From positions 5,642,001-5,706,000 of the forward strand of contig NC_043004.1 of assembly GCF_006345805.1 (NCBI RefSeq): DNA of 64,000 bases, in the 5' to 3' direction. The DNA comes from Octopus sinensis (lineage: Eukaryota). The notes below the pieces were generated by a model that was given only the letters and a program-made list of their open reading frames with translations, was not told where the DNA came from and searched no databases. Positions 1 to 13,130 of this stretch are shown here, one piece after another (position 1 is the first letter of the stretch; each line of letters begins with the position of its first letter). Position numbers and translations under genes: made by a program.

Positions 1-57
1 GTTCAGTTGGTGATATTGTAGTAATTATCTTGAGGCTGAAATATCCGTCTGTCCATC

Positions 58-175
58 CATCCCTCTGTCTGTCTGTCCATCCCTCTGTCTGTCTGTCCAT
101 CCATCCAATCATCCTTCTGTCTGTCTATCTATCTATCTATCTGTCTGTCTGTCTGTCTGTCTGTCTAAACAATCA
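58..175. repeat. Compound tetranucleotide microsatellite (TCCA/TCTG/TCTA)n
   Basis: Directly visible tandem units. Confidence 0.9.
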
Positions 176-321
176 ATCAATTGGTCATTCATGATCAAAG
201 GCTCTTGGTATTTGTGTATTTTGTTTTAATATTAAAAGTGCCTACTGGCTGAAATAATTATTGATTGGTTCATTAAAACAAAATACAGTTAAGTAATCAA
301 AGTTAGTGTCTATATCTTCCA

Positions 322-1023
322 TCTTTTACTTGTTTCAGTTGTTAGACTGTGACCATGCTGGGGCACCACCTTGGATAATTTTAGTCAAATGAATCGACCT
401 CAGTACTTATTTTTTGAAGCATGGTACTTATTCTACTGATCTCTTTTGCGAACTGCTAAGTTATAGGATGTAAACACACCAACACCAGTTGTCAAGCATT
501 GGTTGGGGACAAACACAGGCAAAGACACACATTCACACACATATATGTGATGGTCTTCTTTCAGTTTCTGTCTACTCCTGTAGGTGCAGGAGTGGCTGTG
601 TGGTAAGTAGCTTGCTTACCAACCACATGGTTCAGGGTTCAGTCCCACTGCGTGGTACCTTGGGCAAGTGTCTTTTACTATAGCCTCGGGCTGACCAAAG
701 CCTTGTGAGTGGATTTGGTAGACAGAAACTGAAAGAAGACCCTCGTATATATGTATGTATGTGTGTGTATATGTTTGTGTGTCTGTGTTTGTCCCCCCAA
801 CATCGCTTGACAACCGATGCTGGTGTGTTTACGTCCTCGTAACTTAGCAGTTCGGCAAAAGAGACTGATAGAATAAGTACTAGGCTTAAAAAGAATAAGT
901 CCTGGGGTTGCTCAACTAAAGGCAGTGCTCCAGCATGGCTGCAGTCAAATGACTGAAACAAGTAAAAGAGAGAAAAGAGAGAGAGTACCAAATCAACTCA
1001 CAAGGCTTTTGTTGGCCTGAGGC
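322..1023 (-). mobile_element. tRNA-derived SINE family A (octopus OR-like), split by a second copy
   Basis: Reverse complement of the family tail at 322-576; head continues at 987-1023 (caaatcaactcacaaggc) after the inserted plus-strand copy. Confidence 0.8.
581..985 (+). mobile_element. Full-length SINE family A
   Basis: tRNA-like head (ggagtggctgtgtggtaag A box, ggttcagtccc B box), ttgggcaagtgtc core, TA/TG microsatellite, tail ggtgctccagcatggc...gaaacaagtaaaagag; the same sequence recurs many times in the window. Confidence 0.9.
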
Positions 1024-1954
1024 AATTAATTTAAATGCAAGGTTGTTATATGAACAATAACAAGTGTATTTACTGTCAGACTGGATTGAAAGTGTTGGAT
1101 TCTTTATCACTAATAATGATTGCTTCTGATTTAGGGAGTGAGGTTAGCTGATTAAATCTATTCCAGCACTTATTTTCTTCCCAAGGTCTAGGACTCATAA
1201 GCTTACTCAGTTTCCATGGCACATAAGTGACCAAAATCACAGCATTCACCTGAACAGGATGTCAATCTGTTGCAGGGTTCAAGGCCAGAAATTTTTTGAT
1301 GGGAGGGGCCAAGATGATTATATTGACCTCTAGTACTTGACAGATGATTTATTTATCTGCCCTGAAGGGATGGAAAGCAAATTTGACTTGGTAGGATTTG
1401 AATTCGAAATGTAAACAGCCACAAGAAATGTCATTATGCATTTTGTCCAATGTGCTAATGATTTGCCAGTTTGCTGTCTTATCCTAGTTCTTGACTAATA
1501 CTTGTTGTCCCTAGAAGGATGAAAGACAAAGTAGACCTCAGTGGTATTGGAACTCAGAATATAAAAAACCAGAAGACACATTGGTTTCAAATTTTGGCAC
1601 ACAGCAAACAATTTCAAGGGAGTGGGTAAATCAATTACATTGACCCTAGTGTTCAACTGGTACTTATTTTATTGACCCTGAAAGGGAGAAAGGCAAAGAT
1701 GACCTCAGTGGAATTTTGAGCACAGAACGTATAGACAGATGAAATACTGCTAAGCATTTTGCCCAGTGTGCTAATAGTTCTGCCAGCTTGCCACCTTAGA
1801 GCCAAAAGAAATATTGCAAGGTATTTTGCCTGCTTCTCTCAGTGAGAATTCTTCCAATCTGATATTTGTCAAGAAGAATCACTTTCAAATCAAATTTTCA
1901 GTCTATGTTCATCAATATAATAAAATATTACTATAAAATATAATAGGTTCAGTC

Positions 1955-2540
1955 ATGGCTATGTGGTTGAGAAGTTTGCTTCACAGCCACACGGTTTCAT
2001 GTTCAGTTCTACTGTGTGACATCTTGGGCAAGTACCTTCTATTATAACTCTAGAACAACCAAAGCCTTATGAGTGGAATTGGTATGTGGAAGCTGAAAGA
2101 AGCCTGTCATACACACATAGACATGCACACACACACACACACATACACACACACATATCAGGGGTGGACTGAGAGTATTAAGGGCCCTCAGTTATAACTG
2201 TTTACCAGGCCCCTTAGTATTGATATCAGTAGAGTTAACATGTAGAGTGTGGGCCCATCAGAGCTCTGGGCCCTTGGGCAGTTTCCAATTGACTGATGGC
2301 TCAGTTCACCCCTGATATGTGTGTGTGTATATCTCAGCTTGATACCATGTGATAAAAGAATGTCTGTATCATACAAGCAGTGTCATTTATTTCCGATATT
2401 CTGTGAAATTATGTCTAACGATGGGGAAAAACAACCTTTGTTTTTAAAGAGGTAAGGGTTGGCATCTAGCCATAGAAAATGTACCTCAATAGACTTCATC
2501 TGACCCATGCAAGAATGGAAAAGTGGATGTTAAAACACTG
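1955..2540 (+). mobile_element. SINE with family-A head and RTE-like (family B) tail, interrupted by a MITE
   Basis: Head ggctatgtggttgagaag at about 1957; tail ...ctgacccatgcaagaatggaaaagtggatgttaaa. Confidence 0.7.
2159..2314. mobile_element. MITE with 15-bp TIRs
   Basis: CAGGGGTGGACTGAG ... CTCAGTTCACCCCTG (14/15 inverted match), inserted in the SINE microsatellite. Confidence 0.75.
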
Positions 2541-3061
2541 ATGTTAATAACTACAAGAACTTGTATGTTGCAGTGTCTACATTGCTTTGTGAAATGATGT
2601 CTTACTTTCATTCATGAAAGGTATAACAAAGTTCTATGGGAGGTTTTTGAAAATGCTGGCTTTCATTATGGTGTTCCAAATAGATAAGAAGCATTATCCA
2701 AATTCACATCTTTGAAACCGTGCATAGATACAATTTTAATTGCTATAATATCTATCTTTTTTTGCGTTTGTAATGTGTGGAAAAATGAAAAATGAAAAAA
2801 AAAAAAGAAAGACAGACAGAATGCTTTGGTTGAAAAAACTCACCTAATTATCCAGTAATGAACCTAGCTGTTATTTGTTTAGAATAGTAAATTACTTTCT
2901 TGAGCAAGTAATCGGAAACCACACAGTAGTTATTGTTCGGAAAGAAATCAGCAGGAAAAAAGAAAAAGGGTACTTTTAGAAAGTAAATAGGAGTGACACT
3001 GCATAATCAAGACTTATCTATGAGTTACTGAATACAAATACGTAAAGTGAGGGATATAGTT

Positions 3062-3540
3062 GTCATCATCATCATCATCATCATCATTTCATGTCCATCT
3101 TCCATGCTGGCATGGGTTGGACAGTTTGGTAGAGCTGGCCAGCTGGAGAGCTGCACCAGGCTCCATTTGTCTGTTTTGATATAGTTTCTATGGCTGGATG
3201 CCCTTCCTAATGCTATACAGTGTACTGGGTGCCTTTTATGTGACACTGACACAGGCACTTTTATGTGACGCTGGCATGGGCACCTTCACAAGGTACCAGC
3301 ACAAGTGCTTTTTATGTGACATTTACACAAGTGCATTTTACATGACATTGGTACCAGGGCCTTTTATATGACACCAGCTCAAGTGCTTTTCATGTGACAC
3401 TGGCACAAGTGCCTTCTATGTGATACCAGCACAAGTGCTTTTGTACGTGACACTGACATGAGTGCCTCTTACATGACACCAGCACGATTGCCTTTTACAT
3501 GACTCTTGCATGAGTGCTTTTTACACAACGCCTGTTGTAG
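3062..3540 (-). mobile_element. RTE LINE 3' end (family C) with internal ~21-23 bp minisatellite
   Basis: (CAT)n = reverse of (GAT)n tail; ccatgctggcatgggttgg and ggatgcccttcctaa motifs; tandem ggcacaagtgcttttatgtgacac units at about 3225-3530. Confidence 0.75.
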
Positions 3541-3920
3541 TGAGATAGAAATTAATGTAGTTCATTTATTTAGGATTATGGATCAGACTTCTGTGGCTTT
3601 TGTTTTGTTTTTTATAATTAAACAATAACAGAATATTACATTGAGCTGCGATTAATAGACAGACTCATATATCCTTCTTTTGTTTAGGGCCCCAACAACA
3701 ATAGTACTTATTGAAACATGATCTCACCTAATGGTAATTTATACAAGAAATTGTAAACTGGATGTAGGAGAATTGGTAACTTAATTAAAGATTCTGCAAC
3801 TGATAATGGTGAAAATATTGGTTTTGAGTGAACGACTCCAACATCTCAGTAACTGATAGGATAATAGAATATTTTCTTAGTGTAGTACAAATATAAAAAT
3901 GAGATGTATATCAATTAAGA

Positions 3921-4313
3921 GTGACTGTGTGGTAAGTAGCTTGCTTACCAACCACATGGTTCTGGGTTCAGTCCCACTGCATGGCATCTTGGGTAAGTGT
4001 CTTCTGCTATAGCCTCGGGCCGACCAATACCTTGTGAGTGGATTTGGTAGACGGAAACTGAAAGAAGCCTGTTGGATATATGTATATATATATATGTATG
4101 TGTGTATATGTTTGTGTGTCTGTGTTTGTCCCCCTAGCATTGCTTGACAACTGATGCTAGTGTGTTTATGTCCCCGTAACTTAGTGGTTCAGCAAAAAGA
4201 GACCGATAGAATAAGTACTGGGCTTACAAAGAATAAGTCCCGGGGTCGAGTTGCTCGATTAAAGGCGGTGCTCCAGCATGGTCGCAGTCAAATGACTGAA
4301 ACAAGTAAAAGAG
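3921..4313 (+). mobile_element. Full-length SINE family A
   Basis: Same head, core and tail as 581-985, little diverged. Confidence 0.9.
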
Positions 4314-6501
4314 AGAATCTAACACTATGGTCAAAATTCATAAACACTAACAATACAGTTATTTTCATTTATCATGAGTGTTTGGTTCCAGAAGAACAAC
4401 ACCATGTTAAACAAATCAGTGGGTTAATGAATAAATGAATGTATGCAAAAATATAGGTTTCATTCTGAAATTCCAAGTTATTCTCCCAGCTATTTCAAAC
4501 AACATCTCCAAGGACTAATAATGTCAGATACTCAATGCTTGTGTTTTATTATGCACTTAGTAGCTGCAGGATTCGTCCAGTAGAAAGTCCCCCTTAAATG
4601 TTGAATACTTCAAACCTGATGAAATGAATTGCTCTGCTAGTGAACGAGAACAATGGACACTGACATCTTGCTGCCACCTCTGTGGGGCAATTCGTTTTTG
4701 CCTAGTGTGAGGTGTTCACTATTTTTTAACACTTGGCACCTTAGGGGGACTTAGAACGTCCTCCTGAAAAACTTGGTTTGAACCCCACCTAAGCAAATTT
4801 AATTCTTGCACTTATGTATCCTGGATCTGTAATGAATGAATCAGTGATAAGCGAGGATAGATGTACCAAAGTTATTTCCTTTCATTTTTTTATTTTTATG
4901 TGGGCTAGACTCATTATATCATGTGTGAGAGGAAGACTTCCTAACATTCAGTCCAACACTCTTAGTCTGTGCAGATGGTGCTGTGCTGCTATAGCATTGT
5001 GAAGAATTATGGTGTCTACATTGAAAAACAGTCTTCAGAACTTCAGTTTGTTATAACAATTGGTTTGAAATATTTGGAACTGAGCTGTTTTAAATTGTCT
5101 CTTTCTGCCATTCTGTGTGTGGCTGGCACTTTAGAAGAAGAAGAATATCCAGATGTCAGTGCTTTACTCCAGTTACTCATAATTATTACCACACACTCTA
5201 TCTATATGGCTGTTATGATGACAAATGTAACCCAGGAGACTCATCTAATCCATACAAAATTGATGATGAGATTACAGTCCTTTTTGGTGGTTAACTCATT
5301 GATCAGTTGAAAACTTACACAATGAATATCATATGGTTTTTCTTTTTACCCCTTTTCTATTACTGCAATTACTACTGCTGCTGGGGATGATGAGGCTGCT
5401 ATCTGTCTTTATTGTTATTGTACATTAATTGTCAGGTCATAAGCTAGGGCTTAATGAAACTGATAGTTTTTCCGAGGTTTTTTTTGGCAGGGTGTTTTTA
5501 TATATTTTTGCTCAATGTGGTTTCATTCTGAACAATTGATGCAACATCATTTTTTTTTTGTTGTTTTGTTTTTTTTTATTCTTTCCATGTACTTTCAGTT
5601 CTTTTGCATTGTGTTTCACAAGTCTTCCACCCTCTTAAAGGTAATATCCTGTTAACTTTCCCTCTCCCTTACTTCTTCCCCTTCCCCACTATCCTTTTTT
5701 TTTTTTAGTTTTGTATTTCTTTCACAATAGTTTTCAACAGCCACTTTACACTTCTAAAGTATTCAGTTCCAAATAGGAACATTTATCTTCCAAGATACAA
5801 TGAAAGAAGCAAAAAAGGGAAAAACAAAAATAGATAAATCACAAAACGAGGGGGGTTAATTTGAAAAACAATTTGTAATTTTTTTCCTTTTCTTTTCTCT
5901 CACGCTTTTTTTTATTATTTTGAGACTTTCTGATGTTTCAGAATTGTCTTTAGTTTATAGTATTCTATTTACTTTCATACACATTTTATTTCGTTGTCTA
6001 GTAATACAGTGTTAGTATTTTATTTTTTTCTAGTAGATGTGTTGTATGGAACGGAACACTCCTTGACTGAGATTAAATATTTTGACATTGCTATCTTAAA
6101 GTTCTACTACTGGGGTGGGAGTTGGGGGTTACTTTAGGAGGCAGAAAGAGGGCTTTTTAAATAGAGTTTTTTTACTATGAGTGGATTGCTAACATAACTA
6201 GTAAACACTTTCAGTTTAGGTGTACATGTTGAGTAAGGTGGCAGATGAAATTTGAATGAGTGACTAAGTAAACCAGATTTCAAATGTTTGTGTTTTAAAA
6301 TTAAACAGATTTAAAGTTGGATTTGTGACTGGTTGAATACTTTGCAATACTTTATTTTGCTCATCTGAATTTTTAAAATCCTTTTTGTATTGGTTTTGTT
6401 TTTTGTTTCTAGTTGAGTCATTTAAAATATGTACCAGGCATGAAATGCAACCAAATCAGCTAGCTATACCCCCTATAAATGTATGCCTTTATGGAAATGT
6501 A

Positions 6502-6538
<37 letters not shown>

Positions 6539-6539
<1 letters not shown>

Positions 6540-7451
6540 TGGGTCATCCCATAAATAATGTGGGTTTTTTTTTATATTTCTTTTATTTTTTAAAATTAAG
6601 ATAAATAGAGTTATTTTTTAATCTAAAATATACTCTCCTTCATTTTTTATAATGCTCATCTATCTATCTGGTAGACTTGCAAGGCCCCTCTTTCAAAATT
6701 CATTTGACCGTGATGAAAAATACTCCTCTAGAACTGTTCTGACCCTGTCTACAGAATTCATATTTTTTCCGTCCAAATGATTTTTAAGACTGTGGAATAA
6801 ATGATAATCAGATGGAGCAATGTCTGGTGAATATGGTGGGTGGGGCATCATTTCCTATTCAAACTACTCCAATCTTAGGAATGTCATCCTTGCTGTATGT
6901 GGCCAAGCATTATCCTCATGGAAGAACACCTCTCGTCTTGAAACCAAAGATGTTTTTTTTTCTTCTAGACCTAACTTGAATGACTAGTTGAATGACCAAA
7001 TCCAAGCTTTTCTGCTAATTCCTCAACAGTTACAATGGGATTTTGTTCCACTAGGGTTTGCAGGACGTCCTCATCAAGCTCTACAGATCTTCCAGGATGA
7101 GGCTTGTCTTCTAGGCTGTAGTTTCAGGTTTGGAATTTCTGGAACCACCATTGACACTGACTTACGCTTATTGTCTGATCCCCATATACTGCATTAATAT
7201 TCCTCACACTTTCCATTGCATTGTTGCCTTTAGCAAAATATTCTGAAAATGCTCCTTTGTCACTTCCATTATAGCTTTGAAAAAATAACTGTTAAAATCA
7301 AACTGCTCTCTTCAAAACTTGCCTTAAGAATAAAGACAAAGGTAAAATTACTATCTGCTTTTATATCAAGTTGATGTGGGTAGTTTATCTTGTCTCCTTC
7401 TGACTTAATTCATGCAACTGGAAAAAACACGTTATTTATGGGATGACCTGA
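6539..7451 (-). mobile_element. Internally deleted mariner (DD34D-type) transposon
   Basis: TIRs ttgggtcatcccataaataa / ttatttatgggatgacctga with TA on both sides. Frameshifted minus-strand remnants: N-terminal MEVTKEH...VELDEDVLQTLVEQNP and C-terminal HPPYSPDIAPSDYHLF...NHLDGK...VLEEYFSSRSNEF..RGLASLPDR. Confidence 0.85.
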
Positions 7452-7469
7452 TATATTCTTTGCCTTTTG

Positions 7470-7868
7470 CTTATTTCAGTCATATGACTGCAGCCCTGCT
7501 GGAGCATCGCCTTAAAGAGTTTTAGTTGAAGAAATTGACCTCGGGACTTATTCTTTTGTAAGCCTAGTACCTATTCTATCAATCAGTTTTGCTGAACTAC
7601 TAAGTTACAGAGGCATAAACACTCCAACATCAGTTGTCAAGCGATGGTTGGGGGACAAACACAGACACAAAGATGCACGTGTGCATGCACACACACACAC
7701 ACACATGCTGGGCCTCTACACAGTTTCCATCAAGCAAATTCACTCACAAGGCATTGGTTAGGCTGGGGCAACAGTGGAAAGCACTTGCCTAAGGTGCTGC
7801 ACAGTGGGACTGAACCTGATATTATGTGGTTGCAAAGTGAGCTTCTTTAACAGCACACTCATGCCTAC
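7470..7868 (-). mobile_element. Full-length SINE family A
   Basis: Reverse complement of family A. Confidence 0.85.
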
Positions 7869-8133
7869 TCATATGTTTATGTCTATCTGTCTGTTTATAT
7901 ATTTAAATTTAAAATAATTAGGGTGAAAAGTTGAATATTAATTTGATTAATATCAATTTAAAACCAGTGGTCTAGCATATTGAAAAATCTGAAGTTTCAG
8001 AAAAAATTATATTACATACATATATATATATGTGTATAACTATATAAATACAAGGGTAAAAATTATTAAAATAATAATTTATACCAGTGGTTAGCATGGG
8101 TAATAAAAGTCAGAAGGTATAAATATTTTTGTA

Positions 8134-8390
8134 ATATAAGAGTGTATAAAAATTTATACCCAGAGAGAAGACCACCATGTGGACTTCTTACATGCTAAAA
8201 AGGACAGTCAACTTCTAAACCATGAAAAGACATTCTTATTAATTACACATTGCTTGTAGGCAAGCAGAACACTTGAATGAATAAAAATCTCAGTTGTTTT
8301 CATGGTTTAGGATTTGACTGTTCTTTTTAGCATGTAAGAAGTTCACATGTATAAATCTCTCCATGTATAAATTTTTATACACTCTTATAT
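8134..8390. mobile_element. Foldback MITE
   Basis: Arms atataagagtgtataaaaatttatac...catgctaaaaaggacagtcaa...aaaccatgaaaa and its reverse complement. Confidence 0.7.
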
Positions 8391-8734
8391 ACATACATTT
8401 ATATATATGCGCATGCTAGTAGTGGCATGCAAAAAGCATCTAGTTCACTCTGAAGAAAAGTTGTTGGCATTAGGAAGGGCATCCAGTTGTAGAAACCAAG
8501 CCAAAACGAACAGTGGAGCTTGGTACAGTCCTCCAAACCATGCTAGTGTGGAAGACGGATGTTAAAAGATGATGATGATGGTAATGATGATATATATATA
8601 TAGTGGGAGAATTAATATGTATAAACAGATTAGAGAGTTGAAATATCATATAAAATTGTGTTCCAACTTCTTACTGCTAAACTGCAACTGAAGGTCTAAA
8701 GGTATCTAATTACATTAGCAATAGGGGCATTGAA

Positions 8735-9115
8735 TACAGAGATTATGCAATGCTTGGAATAAAGTGAAGTAAGCATGCTTCACTGGATATACAATATTAG
8801 TGTGTTTGAATGATGGAGCACAAATAAGCCGAGAGGAAAACTGAGTGTGTGGGGATTCAGATGTGGTGTGCAAGAAACAAGACTGCACTGGTACAGACGT
8901 GTGATGTATATGTAGGGTGATATTTGGATAAAGAAATAGCAAAAGATCTAAGTGGGAGAGGAAGACTGAAGAAGATATGGGCAGAAGTGGTGAAAGCTGA
9001 GAAGGAGCACTGACTAGAAGCCATGACTGTGGAGAGATATTTTGTAGAATAGATTCATGAAATCCTTGCAAGCATGGAAAAAAGATGTAAAAGGATGATG
9101 ATGATGGTGATGAGT
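8735..9115 (+). mobile_element. RTE LINE 3' fragment (RT C-terminus and (GAT)n tail)
   Basis: Degenerate reading RLHWYRRVMYM...SGRGRLKKIWAEVVKA, typical of the RTE ORF C-terminus (LRWYGHV..M / RGRPKKTW). Confidence 0.8.
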
Positions 9116-9224
9116 AGAAATGGAAACAAAAGCCTTAATGCACAGATATTTTTTTAAACAGGGATTATAATGATTGAATGGTTAAGGTTTATAGATTAAG
9201 ACCCCCAAACCTCATCCTCATCAT

Positions 9225-9480
9225 CTTCATACATCCATTCTCCATAGGTTAGATAGTTTGACAAGAGTTTGCAAACTGGAAGGCTGCACCAGACTCCAGT
9301 CATCTGTTTTGGCATGGTTTCTATGCTTGGATACCCTTCCTCGTGCCAGCCACTTTACAGAGTGTACTGGGTGCTTTTTATGTGGTACCAGCACCAGTAC
9401 TTTTTATGTGGGGTCAGCATGAGTGCTTTTTACCTATCTCCAGCATGAGTGCTTTTTATGTGGCACCAGCACCTGTGGAT
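9225..9480 (-). mobile_element. RTE LINE 3' UTR fragment (family C) with minisatellite
   Basis: ggatacccttcct, gagtgtactgggtgctttttatgtgg units. Confidence 0.65.
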
Positions 9481-9977
9481 CACCAAGTCTTAACAGTAGC
9501 TGTTATATTATGTGCTTAGGCATTTTACATGACTATTGGTTGAATCCTGCATATCTAGAAAATAGGTATTTTGATCCATATTAGAGTGACTAGTGTTATA
9601 AAACGCACCGAGTCATTAACATATTTTGATGACATAAAATGCACATTTAAAAAAAAAATGTCTCAACAAAACTACCCTGGGTCCTCTATGAAAAGTCAGG
9701 GCCATTACATGCTTTAATGCACCAAAATCATTTTTTTCCTGTAAATGTGCTGCTGAAATTGGAGTGCATTTGATATTCCCATTTGTCTTTTAGGCCATCA
9801 AATGCAATAATTTTCTTATTTGCCTAAATAATTATATTTGAAAAACTTTGTCATTAAATGAAAAGCAAAACCATACTTTGAAAGGTTTATGAATTGTTTT
9901 TTTTATGGTTAAATAAAATAATATTCAGTAACACAGTAACATGTATGGCAAATCTGATACAAGATATTTCTCTAGAC

Positions 9978-10313
9978 CAGTGCTTTTCAACCCCTGGGGG
10001 TCCTTATAAGATTTAGTTATTAAATTTTATGGTTATACTTCTACAGTTTTTATTCTTTTATTCTTTTACATGTTTCAGTCACTTAACTGTGGCCATGCTG
10101 AGCACTGCCTTAAAGAGTTTTAGTCAAACAAATTTACCCCAGGACTTATTCTTTGTAAGCCAAGTACTTATTCTTTGGTCTCTTTTACCAAACTGCTAAG
10201 TTATGGGGATTAAACATAACAAGCATCAGTTGTCAAGCGATGGCAGGGGGACAAACACAGACACAAAGACACACACACATAAATATATACATATACATAT
10301 ATACGACGATGCT

Positions 10314-10362
<49 letters not shown>

Positions 10363-10582
10363 GCTTCTTTCAGTTTCCATATACCAAATCCACTCACAAG
10401 GATTTGGTCAGCCTGAGGCTATAGTTGAAGACACTTGCCCAAAGTGCCACACAGTTGGACTGAACCCGGAACCATATGGTTGTGAAGCGAGCTTCTTACC
10501 ACATTTTTGAAACATGAGAGTCCACCAAAGTAAGATAAGATTCAAAGGAGCCCATAGATAGAAAAATAGTTGAGAACCACTA
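9978..10582. mobile_element. hAT (Charlie/Buster-type) MITE interrupted by a family A SINE (10055-10502, minus)
   Basis: Ends cagtgcttttcaac / gttgagaaccacta; 8-bp TSD ctctagac / ctccagac. Confidence 0.75.
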
Positions 10583-10984
10583 CTCCAGACAATATCCCAA
10601 TGCCAGATAGTATTATCTTTTATTAGTTTCAGCCAGTCTTGCATGTTTCAGTCATCTTTTTCAGCAACAGATTGGATTTGAAAACTTAAACTCTGTAAAA
10701 AAAATTCCATGCAACGACTCGTATTTTTCAAATCACATCTGGCTTTGAATTGTTTCCAAATATCACTTTACATACGTTTTTGGTTTTTTGTCTTTCCCAC
10801 CTAATCTCCTAAACCCATCACAACATGAGTTTTTCCAAATGTTTTATATGCCATCTGTTCACTGTTTGGACCTTTATCGTTTTGTCTCTTTGGAAATAGT
10901 CTTGATTTCTACACAGTCTCATGATTCTATTCAATCATGTTGTTGTCAATAAATACTACTGAAGTAGATTGAATTCTATGTTGA

Positions 10985-11240
10985 AGCAACAACAACATCA
11001 ACATCATTTAACATCCACTTTTCCATGCTTGCATGGGTCAGATAGAATTTGTTAAGGAAGAATTTTTTACTGCTAGAAGCCCTTCCTGTTGTCAACCCTC
11101 ACCTTACATTCCAAGCAAGATAATCTTTCCCTATAACCAGACATGTTTTGCATAGCAGATTAGAAACAACCTCATTTGACTGTGGTGCTCATTTACACCT
11201 ATCACATGATGTCTAGACAAAGATACACACATGCACACAA
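10985..11240 (-). mobile_element. Family B SINE/RTE-like tail
   Basis: catccactttttccatgcttgcatgggtcagat..cttcctgttgtcaaccctcacc. Confidence 0.7.
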
Positions 11241-11425
11241 ACAATAAATGATAGAAAGGTTAGTTAATAAACAATGACTTCTAGCTGATAAATTCAGCAA
11301 AGAAAATTACTAGAATATAATCCATATCTGTATATGAGATATTCATTGTCACTATATATGTATTCACCAATGTAACTACCTCTTGCCAGAACATGCTGGG
11401 TACCAAAACTGAAGAGCCTCTAAAT

Positions 11426-11746
11426 CAGTGATACTCATCCATTTTTTTTATCCATGGACCCCTTTGATTACTATTTTATTCTGGTGGACCCTATAGACAT
11501 CCAATGCTTAAAAACTTATTTTATAGATACTTCTTTCAAAATTCCTATTTTGTTATTCACTCATTTACTTATACAGGTTCAACTATGTAAAATGTTAGAG
11601 AAAGAAACGTAGCTGTTTCTTGCAATGCACACATTTAGATCAGAACTTTTCATGGACCCTTAAAATACTACTGTGGATCCCCAATTGATTATTTTGCTAG
11701 CGTGGACCTCCCAAAATCTTATATGGACCCTGGTTGAGAACCACAG
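11426..11746. mobile_element. hAT MITE
   Basis: Ends cagtgatactca / tggttgagaaccacag; perfect 8-bp TSD CTCTAAAT (NNNTANNN pattern of Buster/Charlie elements). Confidence 0.85.
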
Positions 11747-11790
11747 CTCTAAATGATTGTATGAAGGATATATGATAATATACCTCTACA

Positions 11791-12018
11791 TAAGGCAATG
11801 AGCTGGCAGAACTGTTAGCACATCAGGCGAAATGCTTAGCGGTATTTCGTCTGCCATTACGTTCTGAGTTCAAATTCTGCCGAGGTCAACTTTGGTCTTT
11901 CATCAATTAAATAACTACCAGTTACATACTGGGGTAGATGTAATTGACTTAATCCCTTTGTCTGTCCTTGTTTGTCCCCTCTATGTTTAACCTCCCTGTG
12001 GGCAATAAAGAAGTAAAT
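11791..12018 (+). mobile_element. tRNA-derived SINE family F (Nin/MESC-like core)
   Basis: aaggc..gagctggcagaa head, gagttcaaattc B box, gtcaactttg..ctttcatc core. Confidence 0.8.
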
Positions 12019-12487
12019 ATACCTCTACATGCACTGTCTAAAGCAAAGTCAGAACGCTTTTCATTCAAGGTTATATTTCGTACTCATGTTTAAACTGGAG
12101 CTAAACAAAATCAACAGATATTCTTTATTTCTAGTATGATATGCCCCAGATTTGAAACTGGTTTCATATATCTGAATGAAACCAGTTCAGTAATAATAGC
12201 CACATGGTTCATAGATCAATTACCAACAAGTGTTTATTGGTTTCAGTAATAATTATAGCCAGGTATAATGTAGGACCAGAATGTGTAGAAATAACTATAA
12301 AATACTGAAAGATATAAACCTTAAATATTATGATGACTATGAAATTAAGAATTTAATTGTTAATGAAGGGCAGCAGTGACAGAGAGTAATCAATAATAGC
12401 TCTGGTTAATGGATTATAATGTTATTGATATCTTGTGTAGTTCTTACAATAAACTTTGAGGCCTTACAGTCAGATATATAGAGTTAC

Positions 12488-12730
12488 CAAGGCGGCAAGC
12501 TGGCAGAATCATTAGCACTTCAGAGAAAATGCTTAGTCGCATTTCTTCCGGCTCTTTATGTTCTGAATTCAAATTTTACTGATGTCAACTTTGCCTTTCA
12601 TTCTTTCGGGGAAGGGGGGGGGACAAGGTAAGGTGGTGGGAGGGGGGTCGATAAAAATAAAGAAATCAGTCAAGTACTGGGGTCAGTGTAATCAACTTAT
12701 CTCCTTTCCTCAAAATTGCTGTCTTTGAAT
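12488..12730 (+). mobile_element. SINE family F
   Basis: Same head and core. Confidence 0.8.
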
Positions 12731-12746
12731 CCCACAGCAGACCAGC

Positions 12747-13130
12747 ATCATCATCATCATTGTTTAACGTCTGCTTTCCATGCTAGCATGGGTTGGATGA
12801 TTTGACTGAGGACTGGCAAACCAGATGGCTGCTCCAGGCTCCAATCTGATCTGGCAGAGTTTCTACAGCTGGATGCCCTTCCTAACGCCAACCACTCCGA
12901 GAGTGTAGTGAGTGCTTTTACATGCCACCGGCACGAGGGCCAGTCAGGCGGTACTGGCAACAGTCACGCTCAAGTGGTATTTTTTATGTGCCACCTGCAC
13001 AGGAGCCAGTCTAGCGGCACTGGCAATAACCTAGCTCGAATGTTTTTCACGTGCCAACGGTACAAGTACCAGTAAGGCGAAGCTGGTAATGATCACGTTT
13101 GAATGGTGCTTTTTACGTGCCACTGGCACT
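12747..13130 (-). mobile_element. Young RTE 3' end (family C) with GC-rich tandem units
   Basis: catcatcattgtttaacgtctgctttccatgctagcatgggttgg; CpGs retained. Confidence 0.8.

Noticed and set aside
581-660. tRNA-like A/B boxes
   Set aside because: These are SINE heads without a cloverleaf or acceptor stem, not tRNA genes
3225-3530. Regularly spaced ~22-bp repeats resembling a CRISPR array
   Set aside because: No unique spacers, eukaryotic context, and embedded in an RTE 3' UTR; it is a minisatellite
3687-3733. Good acceptor and donor pair
   Set aside because: Stops in all three frames; could be UTR or terminal exon but unsupported
4615-4675. TGATGA...CTGA possible C/D snoRNA
   Set aside because: No terminal stem or recognisable rRNA-complementary guide; imperfect C-box context
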